Assembly: GCA_965214705.1 (NCBI GenBank) | Contig: OZ243972.1 | Coordinates: forward strand, 3,936,001-4,000,000 | Direction of reading: 5' to 3' | Source: Alphaproteobacteria bacterium | GTDB taxonomy: Bacteria > Pseudomonadota > Alphaproteobacteria > UBA828 | DNA length: 64,000 bases | In this document: piece after piece, positions 1 through 9,845 of the stretch | Layout: every line of letters begins with the position of its first letter | Numbering within the stretch: position 1 is the first letter of the stretch | Notes under the pieces: model-generated | Seen by the model: the letters and a program-made list of their open reading frames with translations, nothing else | Database searches by the model: none | What the model was told of the DNA's origin: nothing | Translations under genes and position numbers: made by a program

Positions 1-287
1 CGCCGGCGACTCCGGAGGCGCTCTCCTACATGAAGAGCCTGCTGCCGGAGGGCGCGCACTGGGCGGCCTTCGGTATCTCCCGCGACCAGCTTCCCATCGC
101 CGGCCTCTCGGTGCTGAGCGGCGGCCATGTCCGCACGGGGCTCGAAGACAATCTCTACCTTGGGCGGGGTACTCTCGCGCCCTCCAACGCGGCGCTGGTG
201 GAGCAGGCGGTGGCGCTAGTCCGCATGCTGGGGGCGGAGCCGGCGACGCCGGCGGAGGCCCGCGAGATACTCGGCACGCGCAACTGA
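1..287 (+). CDS. 3-keto-5-aminohexanoate cleavage (BKACE) family protein, 5'-partial
   Basis: C-terminal GGHVRTGLEDNLYL...ATPAEAREILG motif; runs off window start. Confidence 0.85.
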   Translation, partial: PATPEALSYMKSLLPEGAHWAAFGISRDQLPIAGLSVLSGGHVRTGLEDNLYLGRGTLAPSNAALVEQAVALVRMLGAEPATPAEAREILGTRN

Positions 288-380
288 GCCGGCCGGGGCA
301 GGCCACGGAACGCAGCAGGTGCGCGGCTCCTGGCGCCGGGGTAGAAACCGCTCCCGAACCGCGACGACGAGCGACAGACC

Positions 381-1436
381 ATGATCCCGCTGATCGATAT
401 CGAACCCTTCCTCCACGGTTCTCAGGGGGACAAGGCGCACACGGCGAGAGCGCTTGACGACGCCTGCCGCGCGTTCGGCTGGCTGGTGGTTGCGGGCCAC
501 GGGGTACCGAAATCGCTGATCGACGAGATGCACGGTGTCTCGCGCGGCTTCTTCGCGCGGCCCCACTGGGAAAAGATGAAGCACAAGATGCCGGCCGACC
601 GTTATCGCGGCTACACGCCGCCTGGGACGGAGAGCCTAGCCTACAGCCTGGACGAGGAGCGCCCGCCGGACCTCAAGGAGGCCTACAGCATGGGGCCGGT
701 GGATGCGGCCTACGACGAGTATCACTACGGCCCGGCCGGCGCGCGCTATTTCGCCCCCAACATCTGGCCGGACCGGCCTGCGGACATGGCGCGGGTGTGG
801 GAGGCCTATTACCGCGAGATGACGCGTCTCTCCGCCGATATCATGCGAATCTTCGCCGTGGCGCTCGACATGCCCGAGGGCTTCTTTCAGGCCAAGATCG
901 ACGAGCACATCACCAACTTCAGCGCCATCTACTATCCGTCGCAGCCGGATGCGCCGCTGCCGGAGCAGCTTCGCGGCGGCGCCCATACCGATTACGGCAG
1001 CCTCACTCTGGTGCATTGCGACACCGCCGTGGGTGGGCTGCAGATTCAGACCGAGTCAGGGGCTTGGGAGGACGTGCCGTGGTTTCCCGACAGCTTCTCG
1101 GTCAATCTCGGCGACCTGATGGCCGAGTGGACCAACGACCGCTGGCGCTCGACCATGCACCGCATCGCGAATCCGCCCCGCGACAAGGCGCACCTCGACC
1201 GGCTGTCGCTGATCTTCTTCCATCAGCCCAACTACGACGCAGAGATCGAGTGCCTGCCGAGCTGCGTGAGCGCCGACAATCCGGCGCGCTACGGGCGTAC
1301 GACCTCGGGCGATCACATCACGATGAAGCTAACCAAGCAGCGCGCGCCGGGGCTGGAAGCGGTGGCGGCTGGCGAGTCGGACGGGCGCCCGAAGGCGTGG
1401 CTCTACCCGCCGAAGACCGAGGGACGCGCGGGCTGA
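381..1436 (+). CDS. Isopenicillin N synthase-like 2OG-Fe(II) oxygenase
   Basis: IPLIDI N-terminus, HTDYGSLT (HxD), STMHRI, R-x-S motif. Confidence 0.9.
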   Translation: MIPLIDIEPFLHGSQGDKAHTARALDDACRAFGWLVVAGHGVPKSLIDEMHGVSRGFFARPHWEKMKHKMPADRYRGYTPPGTESLAYSLDEERPPDLKEAYSMGPVDAAYDEYHYGPAGARYFAPNIWPDRPADMARVWEAYYREMTRLSADIMRIFAVALDMPEGFFQAKIDEHITNFSAIYYPSQPDAPLPEQLRGGAHTDYGSLTLVHCDTAVGGLQIQTESGAWEDVPWFPDSFSVNLGDLMAEWTNDRWRSTMHRIANPPRDKAHLDRLSLIFFHQPNYDAEIECLPSCVSADNPARYGRTTSGDHITMKLTKQRAPGLEAVAAGESDGRPKAWLYPPKTEGRAG

Positions 1437-1512
1437 GAGACGCGGCGCATCCTTCACCCAAACGTGATTGGCCTTGCGATTTCGTCAGGCGCCCGCGTGC
1501 TACCATCGCGCC

Positions 1513-2268
1513 ATGATTGTGAAAAAGAAGCTTGGCGCTCTTCTCCTCGTCGCGGCGCTCGTGGCCGTTCCGGCTGCGGTGCGCGCGGACGACCCCAAGG
1601 TGGTTCTGGAGTTGTTCACGTCCCAGGGCTGCTCATCGTGCCCCTCGGCCGATGCCTATCTCGGGGAGCTGGCGGCGACGCGGGACGATGTGGTCGCGCT
1701 CTCGTTCCACGTCGACTACTGGGACTACATCGGCTGGGAGGATCGCTTCGCGACCGAGGAGACAACGGATCGGCAGCGGGACTATGCCCGTGCGCTCGGC
1801 ATCGCCTACGTCTATACGCCCCAGCTCGTAATTGACGGCGCCCGCCACGCGGTAGGGTCCAACAAGCGGGCCGTGAGCGAAGCCATCGCCACGTCGAAGG
1901 CCGTGAAAGCGAGGCGGGTCCCCGTGGCGCTCACGTCGAGCGGCACCGGCCAACTATCCGTCGAGATCGGCCACTCCGACGGCTACTACGGAGAGGCCAC
2001 GGTCTGGCTCGTCTCCGTCGATCGAGAGCACAGGACCGCGGTCGACGCCGGCGAGAACCGGGGACGCACGCTGACCAACTATCACGTGGTGCGCGATTTT
2101 CGCTCTATCGGGCGCTGGACCGGCGGCGCCATGACCCTCAAGTTCGGGCCGGACGAGCTATCGCGCATGGCCGATGGCATGGGCGACGGCTGTGCCGTCC
2201 TCGTGCAGGAGAATCGCGGTAAGGGCCGCATCATGGGCGCGGACATCGTCTGGATGGACGAGAGTTGA
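1513..2268 (+). CDS. DUF1223 thioredoxin-like secreted protein
   Basis: Signal peptide, ELFTSQGCSSCP, HVDYWDYIGW, YTPQ, GENRG motifs. Confidence 0.9.
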   Translation: MIVKKKLGALLLVAALVAVPAAVRADDPKVVLELFTSQGCSSCPSADAYLGELAATRDDVVALSFHVDYWDYIGWEDRFATEETTDRQRDYARALGIAYVYTPQLVIDGARHAVGSNKRAVSEAIATSKAVKARRVPVALTSSGTGQLSVEIGHSDGYYGEATVWLVSVDREHRTAVDAGENRGRTLTNYHVVRDFRSIGRWTGGAMTLKFGPDELSRMADGMGDGCAVLVQENRGKGRIMGADIVWMDES

Positions 2269-2307
2269 AGGGTAGGCCCCGGCCGTGGCGGGCGCGGGGC
2301 CGGACGA

Positions 2308-4248
2308 TTACTCCGCGAGGGCCCGCGACACCAGACCCGAAAGGCGCTTGGTGAAGGCCGAGGGGTCGGGCACCGGCTCGCCTTCGAGGATGAGCGCCTG
2401 ATCCATCAGCAGGTGCGCGGCGTCCTCGAGCGCCTCGCTTGCGCCTTTCTGGCCGACCATCCGCGCCAGTGCCCGGGTCAGATCGTGTGACGGGTTGATC
2501 TCCAGCACCCGCTTCTGCTCCGGCAGCTCGTGCTTGTGCTGGCGCAGCAGCCGTTCCAGGTGCATGTCGAGGTCACCCTCGTCGGCGACGAGGCAGACCG
2601 GGCTGTCAGTCAGGCGCTCAGAGGTGCGCACGTCCTTGACGGCATCCGCCAGCGTCAGCTTCACCAAGGCGATCAGCTTATCCATCTCGCCCGGCGGCGT
2701 GGCGTCGGTCTCATCCGGCTTGGCCTCCTCGCTCACCGCGAACTTGTCCAGGTCTGCCGCGCCCTGCGTGACCGAGCGGAACGGCTTCTCCTTGTAGGCG
2801 CCGATTACCGGAAGCCAGAACTGATCGACCGGGTCGACCATGAGCAGCACGTCGATGCCGCGGGCGCGAAAACCCTCGATCTGGGGACTGCGGCGCAGCG
2901 CGTCGGCATCCTCCCCGCTCATGTAGTAGATGGCTTCCTGCTGCTCAGGCATGGCGTCCACGTAGTCGTCGAGCGAGAGCCAGCGCTCACCGCCGCCCGT
3001 GGAGCGGAAGCGGACGAGGGGAAGCAGCCGGTCCTTCTGCTCTGCGTCTTCGTACAACCCCTCCTTCAGCACCGCGCCGAAGTTGTCCCAGAACGACGCG
3101 TATTCCTCCGGGGTCTTCTTGGCGCGCTTCTCCAGCTCGGAGAAGACGCGCTTGACCAGTCCGGTCCTGATCTTCGCCAGGATCGGATCGTTCTGGAGGG
3201 TCTCGCGGCTGACGTTGAGCGCGAGATCGGCGGAATCCACCACACCCCGCATGAAGCGGAGGTAGGGCGGGATCAGCCCCTCGCATTCGTCGGTGATGAA
3301 GACCCGCCTGACGTAGAGCCGCACCCGGTGCCGGCGGATCGGGTCGAACAGATCGAAGGGCGTGGTGTCCGGCACGAAGAGCAGCGCCGTGTACTCGATG
3401 CGCCCTTCGGCGTGGAGGTGGATGGTGTGCCAAGGGTCGCCCGGCATGTGGGCGATGTGGTGATAGAACTCGCGGTACTGATCCTCGTCGATGTCGCTCT
3501 TGGGCCGGCTCCAGAGCGCCGAGCCCTCGTTGACCATTTCCTTCTGGCCGCTCTCGTTCTCGAGCCAGATCGGCAGGCCGACGTGGTCGGAGTAGGCCTT
3601 GACGATGGTGCGGATGCGGAGCGGCTCCAGGAATTCCCGCGCGTCCTTGCGCAGGTGAAGCTCGATCCGGGTGCCGCGGGCGGCGTCGACCTCCGGCGCG
3701 ATGGAAAACGATCCGGTCCCGTCCGAGCGCCAGCGCCAGCCCTCGGCCTCGTCTGCCCTGCGGGTCACGACGTCGACGCGCTTCGCCACCATGAAGGACG
3801 AGTAGAAGCCGACGCCGAACTGGCCGATGAGCCCGGCTGCCAGGCCGTCTTGTTCCTCCTTCCCGCTTTGCTCGTCCTGTCCGTCCTTCCCGTCATCGTC
3901 CCGCGAGTCGGCCATCTGTTTGACGAAGGCCTCTGTGCCGGAGCGCGCAATGGTGCCGAGGTTGTCGATCAACTCCTGGCGATTCATGCCGATGCCGTTG
4001 TCGGTTACGACCAGCACGCTGCTCTTGCTGTCCGGCGTAATGGTCACCGCAAGCGCGGCGTCGTCGCCCAGCAGGTCGGGTTGTGTGATCGCGGCGTAGC
4101 GCAGCTTGTCGCAGGCGTCGGACGCGTTCGAGACCAACTCCCGCAGGAAGATTTCTTTGTCCCGATAGAGCGAGTTGGCCATGAGGCCAAGCAGCTTGCT
4201 GACCTCGGCCTGGAACGCGTGGCGTTCCCCGCTGGTGTTCGCCATCAT
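2308..4248 (-). CDS. htpG: Molecular chaperone HtpG (Hsp90)
   Basis: EIFLRELVSNASDA, NLGTIARSGT, IGQFGVGFYS, LNVSRE motifs. Confidence 0.97.
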   Translation of the reverse strand: MMANTSGERHAFQAEVSKLLGLMANSLYRDKEIFLRELVSNASDACDKLRYAAITQPDLLGDDAALAVTITPDSKSSVLVVTDNGIGMNRQELIDNLGTIARSGTEAFVKQMADSRDDDGKDGQDEQSGKEEQDGLAAGLIGQFGVGFYSSFMVAKRVDVVTRRADEAEGWRWRSDGTGSFSIAPEVDAARGTRIELHLRKDAREFLEPLRIRTIVKAYSDHVGLPIWLENESGQKEMVNEGSALWSRPKSDIDEDQYREFYHHIAHMPGDPWHTIHLHAEGRIEYTALLFVPDTTPFDLFDPIRRHRVRLYVRRVFITDECEGLIPPYLRFMRGVVDSADLALNVSRETLQNDPILAKIRTGLVKRVFSELEKRAKKTPEEYASFWDNFGAVLKEGLYEDAEQKDRLLPLVRFRSTGGGERWLSLDDYVDAMPEQQEAIYYMSGEDADALRRSPQIEGFRARGIDVLLMVDPVDQFWLPVIGAYKEKPFRSVTQGAADLDKFAVSEEAKPDETDATPPGEMDKLIALVKLTLADAVKDVRTSERLTDSPVCLVADEGDLDMHLERLLRQHKHELPEQKRVLEINPSHDLTRALARMVGQKGASEALEDAAHLLMDQALILEGEPVPDPSAFTKRLSGLVSRALAE

Positions 4249-4361
4249 CCCCTCCGATGCGCCCGTCCGCCGTCAATTCGGAGCGCTATATGTGACGAAC
4301 CTGCGGGTGGTTCAAGCCCGTGCTCGCTCATTCGAGCGACGAGGGCAGGCGCAGCGAAGGC

Positions 4362-4829
4362 CTATTCCAGCTCGTCGAGCTGTTCGCCTGCGAGAAATCG
4401 TTCCATGACGATGCCGTCGGACTGTTCATACCGGCCGTCACCTAGCGGCGTGACGTACTTGCAGAATTCCTTGGGGCCAAGCGGAATGCTTGGATAATTC
4501 GTGCAGAATTGGCCAACGTCATCGAAGAAATACGTTCCGTCATAGTTGAAAGTCCCGAATGGCGTCTTCGCCTTCAATTTCGCTGTTCCATCGGAAGCGA
4601 AATACTCCGCCGCGTCGATATTTCTTTTGGCTTCAACGCTGATGACGGTATTCCCTACGATAAGTTCCTGGATTTCGGCGACGGTCATCGTACCGGCCGG
4701 AGCGGCCGCATCTTGAACTGCAGCGTCTTGAGTCGTCGCAGCCATCTCATACGGTTGGCACGCTGCAACAGCGAGTCCAAGAGCCGCAACCGCCAAGCCA
4801 CCGGCTCCAATCTTCCAAAGACGAGTCAT
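4362..4829 (-). CDS. Hypothetical lipoprotein
   Basis: GGAGG RBS before ATG; hydrophobic leader ending in lipobox-like VAAC; lower GC than neighbours. Confidence 0.65.
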   Translation of the reverse strand: MTRLWKIGAGGLAVAALGLAVAACQPYEMAATTQDAAVQDAAAPAGTMTVAEIQELIVGNTVISVEAKRNIDAAEYFASDGTAKLKAKTPFGTFNYDGTYFFDDVGQFCTNYPSIPLGPKEFCKYVTPLGDGRYEQSDGIVMERFLAGEQLDELE

Positions 4830-4981
4830 TCGATAACCTCCCAATGAGCGAGACGTATTTTCCACGCACGATCATTCTAGCCATCTGTGGGACGTGGCAT
4901 ACCCGCGATTACGAAGTGAGGAACGCCATGGCGCCTGCTCATGGGGTTGCCAAATCGGGCTGGACCGCCAAACTTTCTGTC

Positions 4982-7519
4982 ATGATTCGGCACGACGCCG
5001 AAAACGCCTCCGTCACCGCGCTGCTCGGCCCGACCAACACGGGCAAGACCCATCTGGCGGTCGAGCGCATGCTGGCCCATCGCACCGGGATGATGGGCTT
5101 CCCGCTCCGCCTCCTCGCCCGCGAAGTCTATGATCGGGTGGTCGAGGAGAAGGGGGAGCAAGCCGTCGCCCTGGTGACGGGCGAAGAGCGGCGAATCCCG
5201 GAGGAGCCCCGCTACTTCGTCTGCACCGTCGAGTCGATGCCCCTGGACAGGGAGGTCGAGTTCGTCGGCGTGGACGAGGTCCAACTGGCCGGCGATCGCG
5301 AGCGCGGCCACGTCTTCACCGACCGACTCCTGCGCGCGCGGGGAACGGCAGAGACCATGTTCCTCGGTGCGGACACGATGCGCCCGCTGATCCGCACACT
5401 CGTCCCCGAAGCGCGGTTCACGAGCCGCCCCCGGCTCTCCACGCTTGCGCACGAGGGGCACTGCAAGCTCGCGCGGCTTGCGCCACGCAACGCGGTGATC
5501 GCGTTCTCGACCGAATCGGTCTACGCCCTTGCCGAGCGCATGCGGGGGCTACGAGGCGGATGCGCCGTGGTGCTGGGCGCGCTGAGCCCGCGCACGCGCA
5601 ATGCGCAGGTGGGTCTCTATCAGGCGGGCGAGGTGGACAGTCTGGTGGCGACCGATGCCATCGGCATGGGGCTCAACCTGGACCTGGATCACGTCGCATT
5701 CTCGGCTTATCAGAAGTTCGACGGCCGCACGACGCGGATGCTCACGTCAGCCGAGATCGCGCAGATCGCCGGCCGCGCCGGCCGCCACCTCAGGGACGGC
5801 AGCTTCGGTACGACCGGGGGTGTCGAACCCTTCGAGCCCTCCCTCGTTCAGGCGGTCGAAAATCACCGGTTCCCGCCGGTGCACCGGGCCTATTGGCGCA
5901 ACGCCGCGCTCTCCTTCGACTCACTGCCCGAACTGGCGGAATCGCTGGCTGAGCCGCCGCCGCTGCCCGGTCTCCGCCGCACCCACGATGCGGACGACCA
6001 TCGCACGTTGCTCGTGTTGGCCCGCGATCCGGCAATCGCGAAGACGCTGACCGGTGCGGACCGCGTCGCGCTCCTCTGGGAGGTCTGCCAGATTCCCGAT
6101 TTCCGCAAGACCATGGCGGAGGATCACGTCGGCCTCGTGCGGCGGATTTACCTCTCCCTGGTCGAAAGCGGGCGCCTGCCGCCGGATTGGGTCGGCCGTT
6201 CGATCGAGCGGCTGGCGCCCACCGAGGGAGACATTGACACGCTGACCGCCCGGATCAGCCATGTGCGGACCTGGACCTACGTGTCCCACCGCCCCGATTG
6301 GGTGGACGACGCACGCGGATGGCAGGAGCGCACGCGCTCGCTCGAGGACTCGCTCTCCGATGCTCTCCATGCGCAGCTGACCCAGCTCTTCGTCAATCGG
6401 AGAGCGCGAATAGCCCGTATCGGCAGGCGCGCGGACGAGGCGCTCTTCGCGCTGGTCGGCGAGGACGGCGCGGTGACGGTGGAAGGCGAGCGGGCCGGCG
6501 CGTTCGACGGCTTCCGTTTTCGACCGGACACGGAGGCCGAGCGCAGCCGAGAGATTCTCGCGGCCGCCAACCGCGTGGTCGAGCGCGAGGTGGCGCGGCG
6601 GGTCGCGGCCGCGGTGTCTGACGGCGACGGTGCGTTCACGCTCGGGCTTGAGGCGGGGCGGGAAGACGCGCCCCGCTGGGGCGAGATCGCCTGGCAAGGT
6701 GCATCAATTGCGCGTCTCGGGCAGGGCGACACGCCGCTCCGACCGCAGATTGCGCTGATCGGCGAGGATCATCTGAGCGCGGCGCAGCGGGAGCGCGTGC
6801 GCAGGCGCCTTCAGTCGTGGCTCGATCGGCGCATCGCGCACGACGCAAGGCCCCTGGTATCGCTGCGTGAGGCGGCGCTGGACGGCTCGGCCCGCGGCAT
6901 CGCCTTTGCACTGAGCGAAGCGCTCGGCTGCGTGCCCCGGCGCTCGCTTAGCCCCCAGATCGCCGCGCTGGACGCTGCGGGGCGGCGCGCCCTCGGCGCG
7001 GCTGGTGTCCGGCTCGGCGCGCTCACCGTGTTCTTGCCCGCCATGTTGAAGCCGGCGCGCTCGCGCTGCGCAGGCCTTCTCTGGTGGGCCTGGAGCGGCG
7101 CCGGCACGCCGCCGCCCGCGCCGGGCTCCGCGGTCTCGATGGACCGCGACCCGGCCGTCCCCGACGCGTGCTACGCGGCGCTCGGCCTGGTGCCCCTGGG
7201 CTCCCAGGTGCTCCGTGCGGATATCGCGGAGCGCCTCGCCGCGCGGCTGCGCAAGGCGGCGCGCAAGGAGCCCTTCGCCGTCGACCCCGGTTTGCTCAAG
7301 CTGGCCGCCTGCAAGCGGGCCAAGTTCGACGACATTCTCGTGGCCCTCGGCTACGCCATGGTGGGGCTCGGCACCGATGGTCTGCCGCGCTATGGGCGGA
7401 GCGGCACGCGACCACACCGGCCGACGGAGAAGGCGCGCCGCAGGGGGAGGGGGGTGGACCCCGATTCTCCTTTTGCGAAGCTCAGCGAGCTTGCCATCGG
7501 AGGCGCGCGCCCGTCGTGA
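4982..7519 (+). CDS. SUV3/MgpS-like SF2 helicase
   Basis: GPTNTGKT Walker A, DEVQ, ATDAIGMGLN, QIAGRAGR; C-terminal DPDSPFAKL. Confidence 0.92.
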   Translation: MIRHDAENASVTALLGPTNTGKTHLAVERMLAHRTGMMGFPLRLLAREVYDRVVEEKGEQAVALVTGEERRIPEEPRYFVCTVESMPLDREVEFVGVDEVQLAGDRERGHVFTDRLLRARGTAETMFLGADTMRPLIRTLVPEARFTSRPRLSTLAHEGHCKLARLAPRNAVIAFSTESVYALAERMRGLRGGCAVVLGALSPRTRNAQVGLYQAGEVDSLVATDAIGMGLNLDLDHVAFSAYQKFDGRTTRMLTSAEIAQIAGRAGRHLRDGSFGTTGGVEPFEPSLVQAVENHRFPPVHRAYWRNAALSFDSLPELAESLAEPPPLPGLRRTHDADDHRTLLVLARDPAIAKTLTGADRVALLWEVCQIPDFRKTMAEDHVGLVRRIYLSLVESGRLPPDWVGRSIERLAPTEGDIDTLTARISHVRTWTYVSHRPDWVDDARGWQERTRSLEDSLSDALHAQLTQLFVNRRARIARIGRRADEALFALVGEDGAVTVEGERAGAFDGFRFRPDTEAERSREILAAANRVVEREVARRVAAAVSDGDGAFTLGLEAGREDAPRWGEIAWQGASIARLGQGDTPLRPQIALIGEDHLSAAQRERVRRRLQSWLDRRIAHDARPLVSLREAALDGSARGIAFALSEALGCVPRRSLSPQIAALDAAGRRALGAAGVRLGALTVFLPAMLKPARSRCAGLLWWAWSGAGTPPPAPGSAVSMDRDPAVPDACYAALGLVPLGSQVLRADIAERLAARLRKAARKEPFAVDPGLLKLAACKRAKFDDILVALGYAMVGLGTDGLPRYGRSGTRPHRPTEKARRRGRGVDPDSPFAKLSELAIGGARPS

Positions 7520-7800
7520 CGCGCGACGCCCGCGCCCTCGCCGCGAGCCGGCTGGACAAGTGGCTCTGGTACGCGCGGTTCTTCAAGACCCGGGGGCTTG
7601 CGCAGAAGGCCTGCGAAACCGGGCGCATCCGCGTTAACGGCCGCCGCACCACCAAGGCGCATCGGACTGTCGGTCCCGGCGACGTGCTCACCTTCGTGCA
7701 AGGCAGAATGGTGAAAATCGTTCGCATCTTGGCAGTGGCGGAAAGGCGCGGGCCTGCGCCCGAAGCGCGGAAACTTTACGAGGAAATCGAGCAGGAGTAG
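7516..7800 (+). CDS. hslR: S4-domain RNA-binding protein (Hsp15)
   Basis: RLDKWLWYARFFKTR...RRGPAPEARKLY; GTGA overlap with helicase stop. Confidence 0.9.
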   Translation: MTRDARALAASRLDKWLWYARFFKTRGLAQKACETGRIRVNGRRTTKAHRTVGPGDVLTFVQGRMVKIVRILAVAERRGPAPEARKLYEEIEQE

Positions 7801-7872
7801 GACAGATCTGATATGGCGGGGGCGTCCGGGCACCCCTTGAGTCGGTCGCCGCCGTTATGATACGCAGCGCCC

Positions 7873-8352
7873 GTGATTGACAGGATCAAGATCCTCCTGA
7901 GCGGTGCGGGCGCCACCGGCGACGAGCCGGTGGCTGCCGAAGCGTCGAAGCTCGCGGCGGCGGCGCTGCTGGTCGAGGCGGCGTGTATGGACGGACACTT
8001 CGACGGCGACGAGCGCGACGCGATTTGTGCAGCCTTGGGCGCGCATTTCGGGCTTAACGATGCCGAGGCCGGCACTCTGATCGAGGAGGCCGAAGCCGCC
8101 CACCACAAAGCGACCGATCTCCACCGCTTCACGCGGGCCATAAACGATCGCTACGACCACGCGGATCGTCTCGCGGTGATGGAGATGCTGTGGGAGGTGG
8201 TTTATGCTGATGGTCGGCTTCACGCATATGAAGCCAATCTGATTCGCCGCATCGGCGGCTTGCTTCACATCACGGACCGGGAACGAGGGGAAGCGCGCAA
8301 ACGTGTCCTCGCCCGAGTCGGACAGGGAGCGGAGCGAGCGGCCGCCACGTAA
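7873..8352 (+). CDS. TerB family protein
   Basis: AAALLVEAACMDG, LWEVVYADG, E..LIRRIGGLL. Confidence 0.85.
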   Translation: MIDRIKILLSGAGATGDEPVAAEASKLAAAALLVEAACMDGHFDGDERDAICAALGAHFGLNDAEAGTLIEEAEAAHHKATDLHRFTRAINDRYDHADRLAVMEMLWEVVYADGRLHAYEANLIRRIGGLLHITDRERGEARKRVLARVGQGAERAAAT

Positions 8353-8400
8353 GCAGCCGGCTGCGGCGCACGCACAAGCGAAGCACGGAGCACAAAGCGA

Positions 8401-8745
8401 ATGACGTATCTGGTGACCGAGTCCTGCATTCGGTGCAAGTACATGGACTGCATCGAGGTGTGCCCGGTGGATTGCTTCTATGAAGGTGAGAACATGTTGG
8501 TGATCCACCCGGACGAGTGCATCGACTGCGGCGTGTGCGAGCCGGAGTGTCCGGTCGAGGCCATTATTCCCGATACCGCAGGCGACGACGATGAGGGGAA
8601 GTGGCTGGAGATCAACACAAAGTTTGCCGAGATTTGGCCCAACATCACGCGCAAAGGCGAGCCGCCGGGGGACGCGGACGACTACAAGGACGAATCGGGC
8701 AAGTTCGAGAAGTATTTTTCGGACAAGCCGGGCGAAGGGGATTAA
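8401..8745 (+). CDS. fdxA: Ferredoxin FdxA
   Basis: [18 protein letters not shown] and [12 protein letters not shown] clusters. Confidence 0.96.
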   Translation: MTYLVTESCIRCKYMDCIEVCPVDCFYEGENMLVIHPDECIDCGVCEPECPVEAIIPDTAGDDDEGKWLEINTKFAEIWPNITRKGEPPGDADDYKDESGKFEKYFSDKPGEGD

Positions 8746-8915
8746 GCGCGCAGGCCAAGCCCTGGAAATTGCACCGCGACTCTGGTATTGTGCAATGCAA
8801 TGCGGCGGGGCGATCGGCGCCCGGTCGACCGCGGCGGAGCACTGACCGAACGCCGCTGGCGTAAGGCCGCTTGAGGGCGGCCTTAATCTCAATCGGACAG
8901 GGAATTCGAGACACA

Positions 8916-9824
8916 GTGAGCAGCAAGGCGCCGTCGAAATCGAAGACTTCCGCTAAAGAACAGACCACCGCCAAGGCCCGCAAACGGTCTTACTCCTCCC
9001 CGAGTACAGCAGCGCGATCGAAGGCATCGGCGCGCGCTCGGACAGCGGCCAAGAAGACCACTGGCGCGGCGTCTGGCGCGCGGCGCCCCGCGGCGCGGCC
9101 GGAGGCGAAGCAGCCAGAGGCACAGGAGGGGGACACGGTGAAGCCGGCAGGTGCGGCCGGGCGCGCGAAGAGCGCCAAGGCCGCCAAGACTGCAAAGAAC
9201 GGCAAGGACACCAAAGTCGCCAAGGAGACCAAGGCCAAGGGTGGGACCAGGGCCAAGCGGGCCAACAAGGCAGTCCCCGCGGCTAAGGCAGGTACGGCCG
9301 CCGAAGCACGGCGCAAGAAGAAGGTCCTGACCGAGGTCAACGGATTTGCGGTGGGCGATCACGTGGTCTATCCGGCCCACGGCGTCGGTCGGATCACCGG
9401 CATCGACGAACGGGCGGTGGCCGACCAGACCCTGCAGATGTTCGTCGTGGCCTTCGAGAAGGACAAGATGACCCTCATGGTCCCGACCGACAAGGTGGAG
9501 TCGGCCGGCATGCGCCGGCTGAGCTCGAAAGAGACCATGGATGCGGCGATCACCACCTTGCGGGGGCGGGCACGCCAGCGTCGCGTGATGTGGAGCCGGC
9601 GCGCCCAGGAGTACGAGGCGAAGCTGAACTCCGGCGATCCGGTTTCGATCGCGGAGGTCGTGCGGGACCTGCACCGCAACGTTGGCCAGCCGGACCAGAG
9701 CTATAGCGAGCGCCAGATGTACGAGGCGGCGCTGGATCGCCTGGCGCGGGAGTTCGCAGCGGTCGACAATACCGATACCGAGCAAGCCGCGAACAAGCTC
9801 GAGGACGTCCTACGCGCGGCGTAG
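8916..9824 (+). CDS. carD: CarD/CdnL transcription regulator with long Lys/Ala-rich N-terminal extension (start uncertain)
   Basis: FAVGDHVVYPAHGVG, MWSRRAQEYEAKLNSG, EVVRDL. Confidence 0.9.
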   Translation: MSSKAPSKSKTSAKEQTTAKARKRSYSSPSTAARSKASARARTAAKKTTGAASGARRPAARPEAKQPEAQEGDTVKPAGAAGRAKSAKAAKTAKNGKDTKVAKETKAKGGTRAKRANKAVPAAKAGTAAEARRKKKVLTEVNGFAVGDHVVYPAHGVGRITGIDERAVADQTLQMFVVAFEKDKMTLMVPTDKVESAGMRRLSSKETMDAAITTLRGRARQRRVMWSRRAQEYEAKLNSGDPVSIAEVVRDLHRNVGQPDQSYSERQMYEAALDRLAREFAAVDNTDTEQAANKLEDVLRAA

Positions 9825-9845
9825 GAGCGGGCCTCCCCTCAACAA

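Noticed and set aside
3840-3915. Acidic insertion in the HtpG N-domain (DSRDDDGKDGQDEQSGKEEQDG)
   Set aside because: Falls in a length-variable loop before IGQFGVG; probably neutral.
2530-4497. Long antisense ORFs over htpG, E1 (49872-52148), MATE (58284-59843) and others
   Set aside because: Mirror frames of well-supported genes, caused by GC3 bias.
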